Shown: positions 34,857 through 46,766 of the stretch, in pieces | Layout of the letters: the number at the start of each line of letters is the position of its first letter | Position numbering within the stretch: position 1 is the stretch's first letter | NCBI GenBank assembly: GCA_026936335.1 | Contig: JAPMXV010000057.1 | Span: 124,001-188,000 of the forward strand | Length of the DNA stretch: 64,000 bases | Reading direction: 5' to 3' | From: Mantamonas sphyraenae STR306 | Taxonomy: Eukaryota > Protista > CRuMs | The notes under the pieces: generated by a model | Database searches by the model: none | What the model was told of the DNA's origin: nothing | The model's input: the letters and a program-made list of their open reading frames with translations, nothing else | Position numbers and translations under genes: made by a program

Positions 34857-34983
34857 CGCCTCGTTGTGTTGGAGCAATGTCCGCGCTCAATGCTCCGTTC
34901 ACACTGGCACATGTGGATTGTGCCCATGGTGACCATGGTGAGACTTGTGTGCGCAGCGCCCGTCAGCCAATCCATCTGCACCG

Positions 34984-36839
34984 ATGTCGACCAAGAAGAT
35001 GCAGCGGTTCCTGCATGCCCGCAACACGGGCACGCGCACCACAGGCTCGCTGGTGGAGCGACTGATGGAAAAGAAGCGCAGACGGGAGGACAGTGAGGAT
35101 GGAGATGAGGAGAGTGCGAGCAAAAGGCAGCAGGAGACGACAGAGACGGATTCGGTGCATGGAGCAGACGACAAGAGGCAACGCACAGACAGCAGCGCAG
35201 GCGGCAAGAAGAAGAAAAAGAAGAAATCGAAGAAACGGGGCGCTGGCAATCCTGGTGCAGAGGCAGGAGGACAGGAGGGACGTGCAGCGAGCAGCAGCAG
35301 CAGCAGTGGTGGCGATGCAGGCGAGGACACCTCTTCACCAGGCACGGACGACATCTGGAAGCCGCACCCGGAACGGATCGACAGCGTGGCCAACAGCACA
35401 AAGTACAGCAAGGCCTGGTTTGAATGGCTGATCTATCCGGTGACTGTGGAGCAGTTCTACGCAACATACTGGCAGAACGAACCGCTGGTGCTGGCCGGCC
35501 ACAGTTCGCGCGACCGCTCCTGGTTCGAGGGCTGGTTTTCCAAGCAGGATATGGACGATATGCTGCGTACGGGCGAGTTGCAGTACACCAAACACGTCGA
35601 CGTGGCCAAATACGACGGAGGCAAGCGTAGCACGTGGAATCTGGGCAACCGGAACGCAGCCGACGCCAAAACGGTGTGGAAGTGAGTTGGATGGTCAAAG
35701 AGAGAACGATCCGTCATGCCCCAAGCATGCCACTGTGTCCCATTGTCCCCTTTGTATGCCTCTGACACACACGCCATTCCAATCACAACCGCGACAGGCT
35801 GTTCAAGGAGGGCCACTCGATCCGCATGAAGAGCATCGAAGAGTTCCACGAGGGCCTGTGGCGCATGCAATCTGTGCTGCAGGAGTGGTTCAACGCAGCC
35901 GTGGGCTCCAACACCTACCTGACACCCGCCAACTCGCAGGGGTTTGCGCCGCACTACGACGACGTGGACGTGTTCATCCTGCAGATGGAGGGCAGCAAGC
36001 GGTGGCGGCTGTATGCGCCGCGAGAGGCGAGCGAGATGCTTGCACGCAAGTCATCCAATGACTTTACCCAGGATGAGATCGGTGAACCTGTGGTGGACAC
36101 TGTGTTGCACCCTGGCGATCTGTTGTACCTGCCAAAGGCGATGATCCACCAAGCGGTGTGCACAGAGGAGCACTCGCTGCACGTGACGCTGTCCACCACG
36201 TACCACACCACCTGGTACGACTACTTGAAGCTGGGATTGGACCGTGCATTGGAGCTGGCCCAGGAAGAGAATGTGGAGTTTCGGCGTGCCCTGCCTCGCC
36301 AGCTGCTGCACCACGTGGGCGTGGTTCACGCGGACAACGAAGGCGACGAGGCACGAGAATTTTGCACACAAATCACACGGCAGCTGATCACCACCCTGGG
36401 TGATCATTTCCCCTATGACGCAGCTGCAGACGCCATGGCCACACAGTACATGCGGGAGACGCTGCCGCCCATGGTCAGTGACGCCGAAGCAGAAGCGTTG
36501 GAGACATGGGAGGACACACCGCTGCTACAATCGTCCCGTCTGCGCTTGTTGCGTCGCAACATCCTGCGACTTACGGTCGACGGCGAAAATGCAATCGTCT
36601 ACCACGCCGGCGAGAACGACCGTGTGGCCTACAGCCAATCATGGCGCGATGACGAGGACATGGGCCGTCTTGTGTATCCGCTGGAGTATGCCGAGGCCAT
36701 CGAACACTTTGTCAGCACCTATCCCAAGTTTACCAGCATCCGTAGCATTCCGCTGCAGGACCCGGAAGAGCGAATGGAGCTCGTCAAGCAGCTCTGTGCC
36801 ATGAATCTGCTCATCCGTAAGCCGGAGAAATCAACATGA
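34984..36839 (+). CDS. RIOX1: JmjC ribosomal oxygenase NO66/RIOX1-like; 1 intron
   Basis: NTYLTPANSQGFAPHYDD, LQMEGSKRWRLY, PGDLLYLP..IHQA, HSLHVTLST, EFRRALP. Confidence 0.9.
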
Positions 36840-36935
36840 AAAGAAAGGATGGTGTGTGGGTGAGGAACAGTGTCAATGTCATCAAAGCTCGCAGGCGCAG
36901 GCAAACCCAAACATTCCCATTCTTGCTCCTCCACA

Positions 36936-39751
36936 ATGTCCTCTGGCCGTGAGGAGTTTGTGGAGTACGACTATGCGGGCATTGCGATGGACGGCGTGAC
37001 GTACACGTGGTACTCCGGGCCCGAACTGAATGCCAACAAGGAGAAGCTGGAAGGGTGGATGGATGTGCGTTACCTTGTGCTTCGCAAGCCGCTGAACATG
37101 ACTCGGCAGCAGTGTGTGCGCAGCTACGACTTTGACGAGCCCACCATGCACCTGCTGGCAGAGTATCAGAAGGACAACGGGCCCGAGGTGACGTTGGGGG
37201 TGGTGTCGTTGTACCCACTCCGTCGCTCGGAGCACCCGCACAAGTACAAACTGTACCAAATGGCTGTGGTGGACCCCATGCAGTCGCGTGGCCTGGGTTC
37301 GATGATGGTGCAGCGTGTGATTCACCGCGTGCGCTCGCTGGTCGAGTCGGACACAAAGTACATCTTGCTTGTGTGTGCCGCTCGCTACTACGCCGTGCCT
37401 TTCTACGAGCACAACGGCTTCAACGTCACGGGCGAGCCGTTTGAAGAGGTGGGGATGCCCCATCGTCACATGGAGCTGCCCGTGTGGAGTGCAGACAGCT
37501 CCCACGCAGGCGTCGACCTTGCCTGGGACGCACAACGCGACGGCGGCGCCCTGCTCGGCCCGCCTGCCGCTCTTCGTTCGTGGCTCAACGCACGCAGGCG
37601 AAAGGTCAAGCGAAAGCAGTTTGCACAAGGTATGTAGATACAAAGGCAGTGTGGTGTGGCACACTCTGTGTGTGCGTTGCCGTCCTTGCCCACGCGTGGC
37701 AGGCCCCACACGGAGGGGGTTCGTGCCGCTGTTCATTTGCCTTGGCCTTGTGACATACTTCTCGCCTACACACGCACCGACGCACTCCTCACGCCCCGTT
37801 GCATCCCACACACGCTCCACACAGTTTCTGGAACACAGCTCACAGGCAACGCACGCCTGTTTGGCCACTCATCTGGAAAGAGCCGCGGCGGCAAGAAAAA
37901 GCGTGCGTTGCCCTCTTCTCTTGTGATCTCGCGCACCCTCGTGCGTGTGCGTCATCCACACACACTCACACGCCGTCACACTCTCACGGTATGCACACGT
38001 TGTGCACATTGCGTGTGTTCCGTCCACACAGTGACTCTGGAGGAGGAGGGCTATGTCAAGTACACGGTGTCGGACAGCGACACGCTGGCAGGGATCGCCC
38101 TTCGCACAGGCATGGGCATGGCCGAACTCAAGCGTGTGAACGAAGATCTCAGCAATCTGTATCCTGGCCAGGAGATCTACATTACATCGTCGTCATCGTC
38201 GTCGTCGGGCAACAGCTCGTCGTCCACGGGTGACGCGAAACCTGGACGGTCGTCGTCCGGAAGCAAGTGCGTTGCGTTTTTGCTTCCATGACACATGCAC
38301 ACGGTTTCCTTTGTCTGGCACACGAGGACACTGACCCACGCTGTGCTTGCACGCTGCCCCTGCCCATGTACCCTCCCCCCTCTGCCCCCCACAGAAAACC
38401 CAAGTTTGGTGCGTCGGTCATCTCGCCAAAGACTCGCTCTGCGTCCGAGTCGGAGGCGGACGGAGTCGAGCTGGAAGTGTACCAGGCCAAAGTGTCGTAC
38501 TGCGTGCAGAGCGTGCGTGTGATGGGCGAGGTCACCCTGACGCCCAGCTATTTTATCTTTATGCCGAGTTTGACGGATCCGTACGTGCGCGAGCGCGGCC
38601 AGCAGCCGTACACGCTCAACTTTGCCATGTCTGCGGTCGCCAGTGCCACCTTTGTGGAACATCTGACGGCTGAGACGGGCCACGTGGACGAGGACGACGC
38701 AAAGGTGATGGGCGCTGCAAAACACACGCAGTACCTGCAGATGATTGTGCGCACAGGCAACGGCGGTGGAGCCATGCACTTTTTCGCCGTGCCCAACGAC
38801 TCTGTCGACTCATTCCTGGCCAAGATGCTCAAGTTTATCCAGCCGTACGACCAGGTGTGGAAGGGGACGCGCGACGCGGTGATTGAATCTGCAAAGGAGG
38901 CAGCTGCAAGGGCGGCCGAACTGGCCAGCCAGGGAAAGCGCGGCGGCATGTTTGGACGCTTCACACGTCCCAAGCGCACGTCGTCCAATTCGAGTGTAAA
39001 CAGCCAGGATGGCAGCAGCAGCGGTTCCTTTCTGTGGGGCAGCGGCAAGAGCCAGGATGAAAGCGGCAGTGACAGCAACAGTGTGGATGAGAGCAATGAT
39101 GCAGATGGTGGCAGCAGCAGCAGCGGTGGTGGAGAAAGCGGTGTTGCAGCTGCAGGAGGAGTCGGCAAAGCGCAAACGCGCATGGCTCGGGTCGATTCGT
39201 ACGACCAACTGTTTTCTGCGTTTGAGGTCAAAGTGCACGGCGAGGGCGATTGTCTGTTGGACGACGAACTGGTGGGACGCGTGTGCAAGTATCTGCCACG
39301 CAGGCTGCAGCGCAGCCATTGGAAACTGGTGTACAGCACGGCGGTGCACGGCATCAGCTTGCGCACGCTGTACAACAACTGCACCAAGGCCGGACCTGTG
39401 GTCACCCTTGTGCAGGATCGCAAAGGGTACGTGTTTGGCGCGTTCACCACCGACGGGTGGAACCACCGCCACGAGGGTTACTACGGCACCGGCGAATCCT
39501 TTGTCTTTAAGGCCAAGCCCGACTTTGAGGTGTTTTCATGGACCCGCAAGAACAACTACGTGATGCTGGCGGAGGAACACAGCCTTGCCATCGGTGGAGG
39601 AGGCGATGGCTTCTCCATCTTCCTCAACGAGGATCTGGAGGTTGGGTCCTCCCGCTGCTCCGACACCTTTGGCAACGAGTGTCTCGCCAGCGAAGAGGAT
39701 TTCCTCGCTGTGGTTGTGCAGGTGTACAAGTTTGGCAAGAGCAACTACTGA
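36936..39751 (+). CDS. GNAT acetyltransferase probably spliced to a LysM-GRAM-TLDc (OXR1/NCOA7-like) module
   Basis: GNAT motifs VRYLVLRKPL, QMAVVDPMQSRGLGS and AVPFYEHNGF. LysM YTVSDSDTLAGIALRTGM..ELKRVN. TLDc WKLVYSTAVHGISLRTLY..YYGTGESFVF..LAIGGG. Proposed exons: 36936-37629, 37825-37902, 38032-38266, 38395-39751. Confidence 0.75.
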
Positions 39752-39769
39752 ATGGAGCGCATGGGCCAA

Positions 39770-40675
39770 CTAGAATGGTTGTTGTTTCTCTTGTTGCTGC
39801 TCCTCGTCCACCACCTTGGCAACAACTTCGGCGTCGGGAATCCAAAGACCGTTGGGGTCGATGGAACCCGTGACGAGGGTTCGCCAGTGACGCCAGCCCT
39901 GTGCAATGACATCCATGGCGACGTCGACGCTTTGCGCCGCATTGGCGTACCTATTCTCGGGCTTGCCATCGGCCGTCTTGTACAGCCTGTACCAATCCAT
40001 GATTTCTTGGAGGTGCGATGCATCCATGCTCTCCAAATTGATGTACTGCTCAGCGTCCGGGTGGTCTGCACGGATGGCCAGCAGTTTCCAGTCGCACTCG
40101 CCTTCGTCCTCCAGCGGCAGGGCACCAAACACACGCACAGGCACCACCATGCCTCGAGTCAACGGTTCCCTGCTGATTTCAATCACATCCAACGGGTCGT
40201 TGTCGCCACGCAAGCCAGTAATGGCGTCGGGCTCGTATGGCGACTCCCACGTCTGCGGCAAGCAGCCATAGTTGCACACAGTGGCACCGTAATGGAACAC
40301 TCGCAGTTCTCCCTCCTTGGTGGTGTCTTGCTTCATGGGGTTGAACGGCAAACTCGTGTTGATCTCCCACTTTTCCGTCGTGCCGCAGGGAATCTCCACC
40401 ACCATGTTAAAGAGCAGCGGGTCGTTGCTGTGGATGGCTGGGCACTGATGCCACATGCTCAACGGCTCTCCTTCCACGGTTTCGTATTGCAGCCGGTGCT
40501 CGTGCGTGCCCGGCTCGCCCACTTCGTCCAGCACAGCCTGGATGCGGCTGGAGTTGTTTGACAACCATCGTCGCTGCACGCCACACACTTCCCCCACAAC
40601 TCCGCCTGCCTGTTTGCTTGCGCCTTGGCTCAGTGTCACCCTGTGGGTGCTCACGGCTCGCACACGACCAAACAT
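39770..40675 (-). CDS. Family I soluble inorganic pyrophosphatase, probable mitochondrial presequence
   Basis: NMVVEIP, NYGCLPQTWE, GDNDPLDVIEI, DEGECDWK, YKTADGKPEN. Confidence 0.93.
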   Translation of the reverse strand: MFGRVRAVSTHRVTLSQGASKQAGGVVGEVCGVQRRWLSNNSSRIQAVLDEVGEPGTHEHRLQYETVEGEPLSMWHQCPAIHSNDPLLFNMVVEIPCGTTEKWEINTSLPFNPMKQDTTKEGELRVFHYGATVCNYGCLPQTWESPYEPDAITGLRGDNDPLDVIEISREPLTRGMVVPVRVFGALPLEDEGECDWKLLAIRADHPDAEQYINLESMDASHLQEIMDWYRLYKTADGKPENRYANAAQSVDVAMDVIAQGWRHWRTLVTGSIDPNGLWIPDAEVVAKVVDEEQQQEKQQPF

Positions 40676-40733
40676 ATCCTCTGTTTGACTTGCGGGTGGC
40701 CGCGCCGTCGCAGACCAGCACACACACACACAC

Positions 40734-41930
40734 ATGTCGGAACGACGGCTGAGCGAACAGCGGCTGAAGCAGTTTGTGGAAGAGCAGGCGCAGAAGGAAA
40801 GGGAGCAACGGGGCGAGGATGAGGACGAGGTGGCACTTCAGGGCATGGGTTATGCAAAGTACAAGGCTGCGGCGAGGATCAATGTGCGCGGAGGCGTGGA
40901 CAAGGCCATCGAACGCGTGGAGAGCTGGCACGTGGACACACATGCGTATGAAGTGGATGTGGTGGCACAGGATCTGGGCAACCACACGGACAACTCTGCA
41001 CAGAACAGCCCCGGGGGAAGCGGACGGCTGAGCGTGTCGCCCGCGCTCGCCAAACCGCCCATGCTCATGAACGAAGGCGACATTGAAGATGCACAGAGAG
41101 GGGTGGGTGTGTATGGAAGGGGCAGTGAACGAGAAGAAGATGATGATGATGATGGTGGTGATGTTGATGGGACACAGAAGGAGGAACAAGCTGCACAGCA
41201 GCGGGAATGGGCCAGCGACGACTACTTTCGCTCGCAATGGAGCCACAGCCAGACGGAGCACGGGAGCACGGGACGCAGCAGCCAACAGGCGTATATGGGC
41301 TGGACAGAAGAGGAGGAAGGGGATGAAAGAACGGGGAGGCAGGCGGTGGTGGCGGCGAAAGCGGTGGGGGCGGCGGAAGACGAGGACGAACTGACAAACA
41401 CATTGGAGCGCCTGGGAGGACACAATGAGTACAGCCGTCCGTCGCATGTGGTGAACGCTGCCATGTTGGGCTGGAGCAGCACGCAGGCAGGGGAGCACTT
41501 TGAACACCACCGACGCAGTTTGAGCAAGGCGGCAGGTGGACAGAAGCTGGGCTGCAGTATGTATCGTATCGCACCGGGAAAGACTGCGTTCCCCTACCAT
41601 TACCATCTGGCCAACGAGGAGGCCATCTATGTCCTGTCGGGCAAGGGCACCCTGCGGTTGGGTGACGAGTTTGTGGACATTGGTCTGGGCGACTACGTGG
41701 CGTTGCCTGTGGGCGAAGCCACGGGACACCAGATCTGCAACACGCACGAGAGCCAGGATTTGCTGTATCTGTGCATGTCCACCATGATCGAACCCGACGT
41801 CATGATCTACCCGGACAGCGGAAAGGTGGGCGTGCTTGCCGGCTCTGCTCCAGGAGGCCCCAAGGAATTGCGCTCCGTACAAGAGTTTTACTACCGCAAT
41901 CCAGTTGGGTATTGGGAAGGTGAAGTGTGA
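40734..41930 (+). CDS. Acidic N-terminal region plus prokaryote-like cupin domain, intronless
   Basis: LGCSMYRIAPGKTAFPYHYHLANEEAIYVLSGKGTLRLG...GDYVALP...GHQICN..YPDSGKVGV..YWEGE. Confidence 0.85.
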   Translation: MSERRLSEQRLKQFVEEQAQKEREQRGEDEDEVALQGMGYAKYKAAARINVRGGVDKAIERVESWHVDTHAYEVDVVAQDLGNHTDNSAQNSPGGSGRLSVSPALAKPPMLMNEGDIEDAQRGVGVYGRGSEREEDDDDDGGDVDGTQKEEQAAQQREWASDDYFRSQWSHSQTEHGSTGRSSQQAYMGWTEEEEGDERTGRQAVVAAKAVGAAEDEDELTNTLERLGGHNEYSRPSHVVNAAMLGWSSTQAGEHFEHHRRSLSKAAGGQKLGCSMYRIAPGKTAFPYHYHLANEEAIYVLSGKGTLRLGDEFVDIGLGDYVALPVGEATGHQICNTHESQDLLYLCMSTMIEPDVMIYPDSGKVGVLAGSAPGGPKELRSVQEFYYRNPVGYWEGEV

Positions 41931-41993
41931 GGGGTGAGATTTGGTGGTGGAAGGAGGTTGCGACTCCTGGAGAAACAAAAACCAGCTCGGCGG

Positions 41994-43829
41994 ATGTCCT
42001 TTGCCTCGTTGCAGGACTTGGACGAACCGTCTGAATCGACGGTGATTGCACTCAATCAACCGTTGGGGCGACGCACACATGAACTGTCACCGTTGGGTGG
42101 CGGGGCAGTGGCCAGCTCCTATCGGTTTGTGTTTCCTGAAGGAGGCAAACCAAAGGCCAGGGCGGCGGCAGGGACAGAGGAGAAGAGTGGTGTGCACGCT
42201 GCAGTGGCCAGTGCACCGACACTGACCAGCTTCTCGTCGTTGAACAACACTCCGAAGCTGGGAGGGACGCAAGGGGCGCCAGGAAACAAGGAGAAGCGAA
42301 GCCACCTGGATTTGGATGCGTACCTGCTGCAGCAGTACGTGAGGTACCAGGACAAGGGTCAAACGGATGGGAAGCACAGGTCGCAGGGACGACACCACAG
42401 ACATGGAAGCAGGCGTAAGGAGAGGAGGAGACGCAGGAGAAGGCGGCACAGGCGAACGAGGGACGACGACGATTCGGACAGCGAATGGTCCTCGGACAGC
42501 GACGGCAGCGACGAGGAGTGGGACAGTGATGACAGCGCCAGCGATTGGAGCGGGAGCAGCGATGGGTCGTCGTCTCGCTCGCGGTCCAGGTCGCGGTCGC
42601 GGTCGCGGGAGAGGAGAAGGAGGAGGAGAAGGAGGACGAGGAGGAGGCAGGGCGACGGTTACGCGTATCGAAGCAGGCACGGATCGGAGCGCAGGCGACA
42701 CCACAGGGCCCGCGAGCGGGATCACAGACGGGCAAGTGGAGACAGGAGGAGACAGGGACGGCGGAATCTGGTCAAGGAGTACGCGCTGCGAGATTACAAG
42801 CACGAGTTTCGGACGCATCTGGCAACGCAAGAGGCGGCGGCAGTGGAGGTGCAACGAGTGTACCGCGGATACAGGGAACGCAAGCGAGTGGAAAAGTATC
42901 GTCTTTGGGTGGAGATGCGACGCAAGACACTGGCAAACAAGGTGGTGGACGACCTGGTGGAAGAGTTTCTGAAGGAGGAGCTGCTGCCGGAGGTGTTGGT
43001 GCAACTGTTCACAGGGGACGAGGCAGATGAATTCCGTGCGGATTCGGACGAGCAGCTGTTTGCATACCTGGGCTCGCAGGCTGTGGTGGAAGACGTGTTG
43101 GCCGACATGTGTCGCGAGGTGGTTGTGGAAAGCATGGATTCGCTGGTGGAGGCGTACTTTCGCGAGGTCAAGGCCCATCGCGGCAAGACTACAGTGGAAC
43201 AGGTGTACCACAGCGAGCTCATGATGCCGGTGGTGCGTGAGCAGTGTGCCGTGGTCGCTCGCGAGGTGATTGCCGAGCTCGTGGACGAGTACTTTGTCAA
43301 AACGCGCGCCGACGTGGTGCAAGATTCGTGGATGGAGAGCGTGCTGCCAGAGCTGGTGGAGCAGGTGGCTGCAGAGGCAATGCAGGAGGCACACGAGGAG
43401 CAGCTGGCAGATCAATTGTTGGAAGAGGTGCTCCTGGGGCAAGCGACGGTGGTGGCCACGCGGGAGCTGCGACGCAGCCAGGGACGCGAGCTGGAGCAGG
43501 CTCGTGAACAGGAGTTTGCAGAAGTGTCGCGGATGGGCGACAAGGTGGTGGACAACATCATGATGGACTTGCTGGTGGACCAGTATGCCAACGGGGGCGA
43601 GGAACTGGTTGTCCGGGAACAGGCGCAGATGGTGCTGGACATGCTCTTGGCAGATGTGCTGACCAGCAAAATTGACGACACACGCAAACAGGTGGAATTG
43701 GTGCAGGAGAACCGCATCCTGTCTCGCATGCACCACAAATGGACCAGTCAGGCGGCCATGAGTGCCCTGCGCACTGCGAGCCAACGCGAAAGCAGCAGCA
43801 GCAGCAGCAGCAGTGGAAACAACAGGTGA
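41994..43829 (+). CDS. IQ-motif protein with an RS/R-rich region and a helical C-terminus
   Basis: AAVEVQRVYRGYRERKRV is an IQ motif within a long ORF. Confidence 0.7.
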   Translation: MSFASLQDLDEPSESTVIALNQPLGRRTHELSPLGGGAVASSYRFVFPEGGKPKARAAAGTEEKSGVHAAVASAPTLTSFSSLNNTPKLGGTQGAPGNKEKRSHLDLDAYLLQQYVRYQDKGQTDGKHRSQGRHHRHGSRRKERRRRRRRRHRRTRDDDDSDSEWSSDSDGSDEEWDSDDSASDWSGSSDGSSSRSRSRSRSRSRERRRRRRRRTRRRQGDGYAYRSRHGSERRRHHRARERDHRRASGDRRRQGRRNLVKEYALRDYKHEFRTHLATQEAAAVEVQRVYRGYRERKRVEKYRLWVEMRRKTLANKVVDDLVEEFLKEELLPEVLVQLFTGDEADEFRADSDEQLFAYLGSQAVVEDVLADMCREVVVESMDSLVEAYFREVKAHRGKTTVEQVYHSELMMPVVREQCAVVAREVIAELVDEYFVKTRADVVQDSWMESVLPELVEQVAAEAMQEAHEEQLADQLLEEVLLGQATVVATRELRRSQGRELEQAREQEFAEVSRMGDKVVDNIMMDLLVDQYANGGEELVVREQAQMVLDMLLADVLTSKIDDTRKQVELVQENRILSRMHHKWTSQAAMSALRTASQRESSSSSSSSGNNR

Positions 43830-43868
43830 ACCATGGACGTCATTGGGGCGCATTGGAAACTGCATGCT

Positions 43869-44765
43869 ATGTCACCGGCGCCCAAGGTGACGCGGTCGCC
43901 GTTGCGGGAGCTGAACGGGGCTCAGCGAGACACAATGCTTGTTTGCCCCCTGTGTGAGAAACGTGTGCATCATCAGGCCATGGACGAGCATGTGGACGAG
44001 TGTGAGGACGGTTTGGACGCTGGGACTCGGTATGGGACAGTGGAGCCACATGCAGGGCCAGCAGACTGCGGTGCGCAGGTGGCCGTTGGCAACAATGGCG
44101 GGCACTCGTCGACAACCTGTTCCGAGGCCACTCTGGCCGAGAACCAAGCCCTTGCAGTGCAACTGGATAACATCAACCCGCCACAGAAGAGCAGGTTTGC
44201 AGACAAGAGGCATCTGGACTGGGTGGACACGGACATGGAGGAGAACGCGCGTGTGTTTGCTGAATTGACGCAGGCGGTGGCCCAGGCAGAGCAGAGGCAG
44301 AACAACACTGTCACGGAACACATGTCCCTGCAACCACAGGCAAATGATACTGACGTTGGCTTGTCACCGTCGTTGGTGCTCATTCGGAAGCTGATGGAAG
44401 ACGAGCTGGCAGGAGTTCGACGCGACGAGGCACATGCTGCGTCGCAGCATGACCAGGACGCTGAGCTGGCACGACGACTGTGGGAAGAAGAGCAGACGGG
44501 CCACGGCATGGACGATGTGGATGATGGGCACGCAGGTCACGCGGGCACACAAAGGAAGAAGAAGGAGGCGAACAAGGCGAAATCGGGCAAATCCCGCTTC
44601 CGATGGTTTCGCAAAAGGATGGGCAAGCAACCAAAGGAGGAGACGGAGGCGGAGAAGGCGACGGAGGAGAGTGTGGATGGGGCGGGACGGAACAAGCCCA
44701 AGCGCACGTGGAAATGGTGGGGGAGGAGATCCAACGGTGATGCGTACGCAGTGGACAGGGTGTAG
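43869..44765 (+). CDS. Putative ubiquitin-binding protein (UBZ/Rad18-type zinc finger plus MIU/UIM-like motif)
   Basis: CPLCEKRVHHQAMDEHVDEC and DAELARRLWEEE. Confidence 0.6.
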   Translation: MSPAPKVTRSPLRELNGAQRDTMLVCPLCEKRVHHQAMDEHVDECEDGLDAGTRYGTVEPHAGPADCGAQVAVGNNGGHSSTTCSEATLAENQALAVQLDNINPPQKSRFADKRHLDWVDTDMEENARVFAELTQAVAQAEQRQNNTVTEHMSLQPQANDTDVGLSPSLVLIRKLMEDELAGVRRDEAHAASQHDQDAELARRLWEEEQTGHGMDDVDDGHAGHAGTQRKKKEANKAKSGKSRFRWFRKRMGKQPKEETEAEKATEESVDGAGRNKPKRTWKWWGRRSNGDAYAVDRV

Positions 44766-44829
44766 CTATGAAAATAATGTTATATTCGTTAAGGGGGAAG
44801 GGAAGGATGCCCATGCGTTCAGTTCACAA

Positions 44830-45735
44830 TCACTTTTCGGCAATTGTGGCCAGCATCTCGAGCAGTTTTGGGCGAAATTCCTCGCGAACGGTGTTGAGAT
44901 CTGCCCCGTGGTCGATCATCATGGCCACGTGGTCGGAGAAGCCCATGCCGACGCAAATCTCCAATGCACAAACGGCTCCCTGGACCGTCTGTGCGTGCAC
45001 GTCTGCCCCATGACGCAGGAGGGCGTCGATGGAACGCCCACGCGCAGCGAGCATGGCTCGCATCAACGGCGTCCACCCACTTTCCTGTGCAATGTTGACT
45101 TGCGCGCCGTACTCCAGCAGCAGGTCGAGTGTGCTGACGTCGTAGGCTTCGGCAGCGCGGAGAAGAGCTGTTTCGCCGTCGAACGGGGTCGCTGCGTTGA
45201 TGTCCACCCCATGGTCCAGCAAGGCACGCACTGTGTCCACGTGCGACTGTTGCGCAGCGTAAACAAGGGGAAACACCTTGTGGGACCCACCATGCTCCTC
45301 CATGTGCTGCAGGAGCAGCAGTGTTGCTTCAGTGAACCCTTTCGATGCGGCCAGCTCCACCGGTGCCTGCTGTTCTGTGTTGCCACTTGTGTCTGCTCCA
45401 TGCTCCAGCAAGATGGCCACTGTTTCCGTGTGGCCGCCGTCCGCAGCAAGCATCAGGGTCGACAGGCCGTCCTTGCTGGTTGCGTCGACGTCTGCCCCAG
45501 CCTCCACAAGCACTGCCACAGTGTCTGTGTGACCACACGCTGCCGCATGCATCAGTGCTGTCCATTCATCCTTGCCTTTTTGGTGCACAAGACTCTCCTG
45601 CACCGCTTCGGCCTCCCGTGCGTTTGTGATCGCCCCCCACACCTTGGCAACCATGGACTGCCCCTTGGCTTCGTCATCCAGGAGCTGTGACACCCGTTTG
45701 GTGTCGCCAGACATAGCTGCTTCGTGGATGGACAT
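44830..45735 (-). CDS. Ankyrin-repeat protein
   Basis: Repeated TALMHAAACGH..V..L...GADV motifs. Confidence 0.9.
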   Translation of the reverse strand: MSIHEAAMSGDTKRVSQLLDDEAKGQSMVAKVWGAITNAREAEAVQESLVHQKGKDEWTALMHAAACGHTDTVAVLVEAGADVDATSKDGLSTLMLAADGGHTETVAILLEHGADTSGNTEQQAPVELAASKGFTEATLLLLQHMEEHGGSHKVFPLVYAAQQSHVDTVRALLDHGVDINAATPFDGETALLRAAEAYDVSTLDLLLEYGAQVNIAQESGWTPLMRAMLAARGRSIDALLRHGADVHAQTVQGAVCALEICVGMGFSDHVAMMIDHGADLNTVREEFRPKLLEMLATIAEK

Positions 45736-45806
45736 GTGCGTGGGTCGGTGTTGGCATTGGATGTCGGGGGCAGCGCAACTGCGCCCAACTCGCGCGCTTC
45801 TTCAGC

Positions 45807-46739
45807 ATGGGCAACCTGTTTGACCGGTGCCTAGAGTCTTCGGACAACAACGCAAAGCATGTGACGCTGGACGAGGTGACGCTGGACGCAAAGCATGCCG
45901 GTGAGTTGTCATTGTGTGGCACGTGTCCCCAAAGGGCTGGGCGGAAGCGCTAACTCACGTGTGTGTGGCTTCATTCTGTGTCGATCCGGGTCACACAGGC
46001 AGCAAAATCACCCTGGAGGAAGACAACTCGGTGTGTAGCGGCTACGGATGTGTGTTGGGAACGGCGCCGCTTGCGCAGATGCGCGCTTATTATGAAATCG
46101 TGGTGCGAAAAGAAGGTGAGTGCCGTCGCCCCGACACACCAACACGCGTCTCCCGCTCACACGCACTCACCTGGCTCTTGGCTGACACAACCTACCCCAC
46201 ACGCGTGTGCCGTTGTGTCCCCCTGTGGCACCCGATGCACACGTGCACGTTCCTCCGCGCAGGATTCATTGGCATCGGCGTGGCAAGGTAACGCGTTGTT
46301 TTCAGGCCGAGGGAAGACGGCCAAGATGAGCGAAACAGGGACACCCACACGCTGACACACACACCACACGTGGGACGGTGGCATCCACAGGCGAAATGCA
46401 GACCTGGACAAGAAGCTGGGTGAGGACGCAAAGGGCTGGGCGTTGTGGTCCAGCGGATATACAGTCAACAAGAACACGGCGGCGCAGGTGACCCTGCCCA
46501 GCTTCAGCGCTGGCGATGTCATCGGAGTGACCTTCAACCAAAGCGAGGTGCCCACCCTCAGCTACCTGCACAACGGCACTCAAATCAATTGCGTCATCAC
46601 AGGCATCCAGGGCGAGGTGTATCCCGCGTTTTTTGTGGGTGACGACGCACAAATCCAGGTCAACTTCACCGACGACACCTTCCGTCAGAAGCCGCCCTCC
46701 CACTACGACGCCATCATGGTTGAACGCTCGATTCTGTAA
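45807..46739 (+). CDS. SPRYD7: SPRY domain protein 7-like, possible N-myristoylation; 3 introns
   Basis: MGNLFDRC...; SGYGCVLGTAPLAQMRAYYEI; GDVIGVTFNQ; GIQGEVYPAFFVGDDA; FRQKPPSHYDAIMVERSIL. Confidence 0.8.
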
Positions 46740-46766
46740 TGCAAACACAGCCCACCACCCACCCTC

